Source: a virus
Direction: 5' to 3' (one strand)
IMG/VR virus record: IMGVR_UViG_3300045988_010396
Span: 1 to 64,000 of that record
Length of the DNA: 64,000 nucleotides
The position numbers and the translations under genes are program-made. This document shows, piece after piece, positions 59,988-64,000 of this stretch (position 1 is its first letter; each line of letters starts with the position of its first letter). The notes beneath the pieces were generated by a model. That model had not been told where the DNA came from. It ran no database searches and saw nothing but the letters and a program-made list of their open reading frames with translations.

Positions 59988-60899
59988 ATGGAAGATATGG
60001 TAAGTGAAGCAAGTGCTCAAGCTCTTAACCAATTAGAGCAGGCTCGTCAAGAGCTTGAAAGAGCTATTACGGATTATGAGATACCTGAGGAAGCTCAATT
60101 GAGTCCAGAAGAGGAAGCAATGTTGTCAGTAGCAATGGATAGTACACATCGTGAAATACCAGTAAACTCACAGACAATCACTATAGATGAGACTACAAGC
60201 AGGTTCAGTGGAGCTATATGGTATGAGGAGATACAGAAACAGACTGTCACTTTGGCAGGTGTTGGAGGTATTGGCAGCTATGTAGGCTTTTTGTTAAGTA
60301 GATTGAAGCCAAATAGACTTATCATATATGACCCTGACAGAGTTGAGACTGTCAATATGTCAGGTCAGTTGTATGGTCAGACAGATGTAGGTCGTTATAA
60401 GTGTGCAGCTCTTGCCGATATGGTCATGAACTACGCTAACTATTGCAATATAGTGGCATTGGGCCAAAGGTTTGAGGATAACTCTGAGGCTACTGACATT
60501 ATGATATGTGGCTTTGATAATATGGCAGCAAGAAGGACATTCTATGAGAAGTGGAAGCAGAGAGTATTGTCCTATCCTGCTGGTAGTGATAATAGAAAGA
60601 AGTGTCTATTCATAGATGGAAGATTGGCAGCAGAAGAGTTCCAAGTATTGTCTATTCAAGGGGATGATGAGAGGGCTATGGCAGCATATGAAGACAAGTG
60701 GCTGTTCAGTGATGTAGAAGCTGAGGAGACTATATGCTCCTATAAGCAGACTACATTTATGGCTAACATGATTGCATCAGTAATGGTCAATGTCTTTGTA
60801 AACTTCATAGCTAACCAATGTGGTCCTATCATAGATAGGGATGTGCCTTTCTTCATATCCTATGATGCAAGTACAATGTTTACTAAAGTTGAAATGTAA
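59988..60899 (+). CDS. ThiF/MoeB/E1-like adenylyltransferase
   Basis: Rossmann TLAGVGGIGSYVG followed by IIYDPDRVETVNMSGQLY (the E1 D.D.VE.SNL.RQ motif). Confidence 0.7.
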   Translation: MEDMVSEASAQALNQLEQARQELERAITDYEIPEEAQLSPEEEAMLSVAMDSTHREIPVNSQTITIDETTSRFSGAIWYEEIQKQTVTLAGVGGIGSYVGFLLSRLKPNRLIIYDPDRVETVNMSGQLYGQTDVGRYKCAALADMVMNYANYCNIVALGQRFEDNSEATDIMICGFDNMAARRTFYEKWKQRVLSYPAGSDNRKKCLFIDGRLAAEEFQVLSIQGDDERAMAAYEDKWLFSDVEAEETICSYKQTTFMANMIASVMVNVFVNFIANQCGPIIDRDVPFFISYDASTMFTKVEM

Positions 60900-61696
60900 T
60901 GCAAAGAGTAAGTGATAGAATGGGTCATACTATTGAATATATGTATAACTCAACAGGAGCTGTAAGTGGCAGCGGAGTTTCAGCTGCATATGTTAATTAC
61001 TCCTCGCACACAGTGTTTCCACTATTCTTTAGGGTTTCTTTACAAGGGGATAAGATTGAGCTTCCCATACTTGCCAAGGAGTGCGTGCAAGGTGACCTTC
61101 TTGCAAGATTAGAGGCTAGGTCAAACCCTCTCAGAAGAAGGGACATCATTATGCCCCTCTCTACTCTAGAGTTTAACCATGCTCCTTATAGAACAGCAGA
61201 TGCCTTAATCAGGAATCTGGTGGAGTTCAACTCCAGTAGGGGGGACATGTATCTGAGGGCCAAGACCAACAAAGGAGAGACATACTATGGATGTAATGGT
61301 ACTATATTCAACAAGGATATGGTTCCACTTATCTTCAATGTCATAGAATGTGAGATTGTGGGTAATACTCTTGCCTATAAGAGAGTCAAGAGTTATATAC
61401 ATCCATCAGTATTCTATTCTGATGGTATTGTGGAGAAGTGTATAGCCAACAAGATTATCCCATTTGTCATGCAGAATGGTGTAGATGTGAGACCCTATGA
61501 CTCAAGGATAGTCAATGACATCAGCTATGTAAATATAGGAGGAGTAAGGAAGACTATACCTGAGCTGTCAGTTGCCAATGTAGCTGACAGGTTCTTCTGT
61601 AAGCCCATTCTTCCTAGTGTGGCATATAGTGATGACAACATCAATGATATGCTTAACAGAAACATTGATGATATATTCAATATCATTGGGGTATGA
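60899..61696 (+). CDS. hypothetical protein
   Basis: 265-aa ORF overlapping the E1 stop by ATGTAA. Confidence 0.4.
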   Translation: MQRVSDRMGHTIEYMYNSTGAVSGSGVSAAYVNYSSHTVFPLFFRVSLQGDKIELPILAKECVQGDLLARLEARSNPLRRRDIIMPLSTLEFNHAPYRTADALIRNLVEFNSSRGDMYLRAKTNKGETYYGCNGTIFNKDMVPLIFNVIECEIVGNTLAYKRVKSYIHPSVFYSDGIVEKCIANKIIPFVMQNGVDVRPYDSRIVNDISYVNIGGVRKTIPELSVANVADRFFCKPILPSVAYSDDNINDMLNRNIDDIFNIIGV

Positions 61697-62397
61697 CACT
61701 TGAGGAATACTTTGGTGATTGGCTTAGAGTGATTGACAGAGCAGAGTTAGATAAGGTATTGATACTCCTTAACAGGATGTATAAGGTAAAACCTATATGT
61801 CCTGCACAGGAGAATGTATTCAAGGCATTCAACTTGTGTAAGTACCATGACTGTAAGGTGGTATTCATAGGTCAAGACCCATATCCTCAGAAGGGTGTGG
61901 CTACTGGCATATTGTTTGGAAATGATGCAAGTACTAGAGAAGATGACTGGTCTCCATCGTTAAAAATTGTTAGAGATTCAGTTATAGACTTGCGTAGACC
62001 ACATAATTTGATTACCTTTGACCCCACTTTAGAATCATGGGCTAAACAAGGAATCCTTATGATTAACTCTGCTTTGACAGTAGAGATGAATAAGGTAGGC
62101 TCACACACTATGTTGTGGAGGACCTTCATCTCAAAGCTACTAAAGAAGATGTCTGAGTATGATGCTGGTATGATATATGTGCTGTTTGGTGGCACTGCCC
62201 GTACCTTCAAGCCATATATAGGAAAGTATAATGATGCGATAGAGATAGAGCATCCTGCATACTTTGCAAGAATCAACCAAGACATGCCCTCAGATATATT
62301 CTATAAGATTAACAGACTATTAAAAGATAGGTGTAACTACCAGATTAACTGGTATAAAGAAGAAAAATATGAACAAATTGAAACTGAAAAAGAGTAG
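61693..62397 (+). CDS. uracil-DNA glycosylase-like (family 1 type)
   Basis: KVVFIGQDPYPQKGVATGILFG (GQDPY motif), ILMINSALTV, EHPAYFAR. Confidence 0.5.
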   Translation: MTLEEYFGDWLRVIDRAELDKVLILLNRMYKVKPICPAQENVFKAFNLCKYHDCKVVFIGQDPYPQKGVATGILFGNDASTREDDWSPSLKIVRDSVIDLRRPHNLITFDPTLESWAKQGILMINSALTVEMNKVGSHTMLWRTFISKLLKKMSEYDAGMIYVLFGGTARTFKPYIGKYNDAIEIEHPAYFARINQDMPSDIFYKINRLLKDRCNYQINWYKEEKYEQIETEKE

Positions 62398-62902
62398 TAA
62401 AGAGGTCAAGATGGGTGAGCAACTCATCAAAGTTGTGAATTTATGTGGTATTCCTATACCTATAGCACAGGTTGAGATTAACAAAACTACTCTTCCTGAC
62501 CTTATCAAACATGGTATAATAGTGGCAGGAGGCTCTGATAGTGACATTGACATCACTATTGAAGGTGCAATACAGCATCTGGCTAATAGGATTGGATGGA
62601 ACAAAGAGAACCTTGAGAAGTACCTCAGCAACCTCTATAAGATTAGCCCTGCTGCTGCCTTTGAGATTGTACTGAAGGAGGTGGCTATCCTGCTTGATGA
62701 GAAGTATCCTGACCACATCAACAACAGCAATGAGATTTGGGTAATCAATAAGGTCAGCGGAGGAGTTCAGAAACTCAAGGACCTGAGTAAAATCAAGAGT
62801 TTCCAGCACTTTGCAGCTTTCAGAAGTCTTGAGGATGCTCTTGTAGCCAGGAGAGTAATGGCCCCTGTATTGAAGAATTTGTATGGAAAACAAAAGAATT
62901 AA
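62369..62902 (+). CDS. hypothetical protein
   Basis: 177-aa ORF. Confidence 0.4.
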   Translation: MNKLKLKKSSKEVKMGEQLIKVVNLCGIPIPIAQVEINKTTLPDLIKHGIIVAGGSDSDIDITIEGAIQHLANRIGWNKENLEKYLSNLYKISPAAAFEIVLKEVAILLDEKYPDHINNSNEIWVINKVSGGVQKLKDLSKIKSFQHFAAFRSLEDALVARRVMAPVLKNLYGKQKN

Positions 62903-63335
62903 AGGTGCTACACCTTTAGTTGTTGAAGACATTAAGTTCAAATCCAAAATTGAAGCAAGTGTGTATAAGCACTTGCTTCAAGCTGGATTTGACCCAGTGT
63001 ATGAGGGTATGAAGTTCACTATATGGAGTGGCTTCAAGCCTACAGTCCCATTCTATACAAGTATAGGGCGGAGCAATGGACTTAATATGAAGAAAACTAT
63101 AGACATCACTTATACCCCAGACTTCACATTCATGTATAATGGTAAGCTGATTATCATAGAGGTTAAGGGGCTTCAGAATGATGTCTTTCCATATAAGTTC
63201 AAGATGTTCAGAGGTATGCTTGAGAGAGAACCTTATGTAGGCAATACCCTACTATTTGAAATATTCAACATCAAGCAACTAAAGGAGTGTATAGAAATCA
63301 TAAAATCTTATGACTCCAATACAGAGACTAAATAG
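62883..63335 (+). CDS. PD-(D/E)xK family nuclease
   Basis: ITYTPDF ... LIIIEVKG gives a D...E.K catalytic pattern. Confidence 0.4.
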   Translation: MENKRIKGATPLVVEDIKFKSKIEASVYKHLLQAGFDPVYEGMKFTIWSGFKPTVPFYTSIGRSNGLNMKKTIDITYTPDFTFMYNGKLIIIEVKGLQNDVFPYKFKMFRGMLEREPYVGNTLLFEIFNIKQLKECIEIIKSYDSNTETK

Positions 63336-63579
63336 CTTGGTAAAATCATTCCCAGAGAGAGATAGGGGATTGGCGCAGAAGATGTTGGATGAAAGGAAGT
63401 TTGAAGACTTATGGGAACTTGTAAAGTCCTCTATCTATATGGTGAGGAAGTACAAGGACAAGTATGAAGCTGACCTTACTGATATGACTGTGTTCAAGTC
63501 TGAACTATCCTCCTATATGGACCAGTTAGGTCTGGAGGATGATGAGGAAGAATTGATTGACACTTATGAAGAGTATTAG
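63310..63579 (+). CDS. hypothetical protein
   Basis: 89-aa ORF. Confidence 0.35.
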   Translation: MTPIQRLNSLVKSFPERDRGLAQKMLDERKFEDLWELVKSSIYMVRKYKDKYEADLTDMTVFKSELSSYMDQLGLEDDEEELIDTYEEY

Positions 63580-63660
63580 AGAACTAGCATGGAGTGTAGT
63601 ATTTGGATTTATCAAAAATTCTTAGTATCTTTGCACTTTGCAACTAAAGTTTTTGAAGAT

Positions 63661-64000
63661 ATGGAAGAAATTTGGAAAGACATTCCTGGATATGAGGGAT
63701 TGTACCAAGTTAGTAGTCTTGGAAGGTTCAAAGCTCTGAGTAGAGTAAGAAAGGGAATTTATGGAAATAGAATCTACAAGGAAAAGTTATTATCTCCTAA
63801 AGTGAATTTTGATAGGTACTACTATGTAACCTTAACTAAGGAAGGTAAGAAAACTAGTTATAGAGCACATAGACTAGTAGCTTTAGCTTTTCTTGGAGAT
63901 AGCAATCTAGTCATAGACCACATTGACGGTAATCCCTTGAATAATGAGGTTACTAATCTAAGATATGTATCTCAAGCTGAGAATGTTTCTAATCCTAATA
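63661..64000 (+). CDS. HNH homing endonuclease (NUMOD4 + HNH), 3'-partial at window end
   Basis: Hand translation MEEIWKDIPGYEGLYQVSSLGRFKAL...YYYVTL...SYRAHRLVALAFLGD...VIDHIDGNPLNNEVTNLRYVSQAEN; not in the ORF track because there is no stop in the window. Confidence 0.65.
   Translation, partial: MEEIWKDIPGYEGLYQVSSLGRFKALSRVRKGIYGNRIYKEKLLSPKVNFDRYYYVTLTKEGKKTSYRAHRLVALAFLGDSNLVIDHIDGNPLNNEVTNLRYVSQAENVSNPN

Noticed and set aside
1-64000. Genome-wide stop-codon recoding (TGA or TAG read as sense), as in some crAss-like phages
   Set aside because: All large late genes (terminase 1104 aa, portal 808 aa, capsid candidate 503 aa) are uninterrupted in the standard code. TGA terminates the portal and the GIY-YIG genes, and TAG terminates the terminase. 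The single in-frame TGA, in the Ro60-like gene, is accompanied by a frameshift and is better explained locally.

Overview
This is an AT-rich window from a tailed dsDNA phage (Caudoviricetes). Bacteroidota-style lipoprotein and secretion signals hint at that kind of host. Layout: (i) 1-33.2 kb carries a late/structural operon on the minus strand. It contains a large 5'-complete tail/virion gene running off the window start, paralogous tail-fibre genes, a putative scaffold and capsid, a putative portal, and a large terminase interrupted by a LAGLIDADG-type intein, plus two free-standing GIY-YIG endonucleases. (ii) 33.3-36.3 kb is a minus-strand array of about 20 tRNA or tRNA-like genes with an amidase endolysin embedded in it. 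(iii) 36.3-37.4 kb is a roughly 1.1-kb non-coding strand-switch region. (iv) 37.4-64 kb carries plus-strand early/replication genes: SF2 helicase, DnaB-like ATPase, TOPRIM primase, UDG, a PD-(D/E)xK nuclease, a glucosaminidase, an SPFH lipoprotein, and GIY-YIG/HNH endonucleases. Three things stand out in that block. First, a tmRNA (ssrA-like, tag ending ...ALAA) lies next to a tRNA-Lys with an expanded D-loop. Second, a Ro60/Rsr-like TROVE+vWA gene, interrupted by an in-frame TGA and a frameshift at a (TA)7 tract, is followed by three tandem tRNA-like RNAs with 55-65-nt internal insertions sharing conserved motifs; these are candidate Y-RNA-like tRNA mimics. Third, four consecutive genes encode a ubiquitin-like beta-grasp protein, a possible E2-like protein, a JAB/JAMM protease (E-x(n)-HxH-x7-S-xx-D) and a ThiF/E1-like enzyme. 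That is a Bil-like ubiquitin-like conjugation module sitting among phage replication genes. TGA and TAG terminate the major genes, so global stop-codon recoding is not supported. All calls come from reading the sequence, motif recognition and hand translation; no database search or folding program was run.
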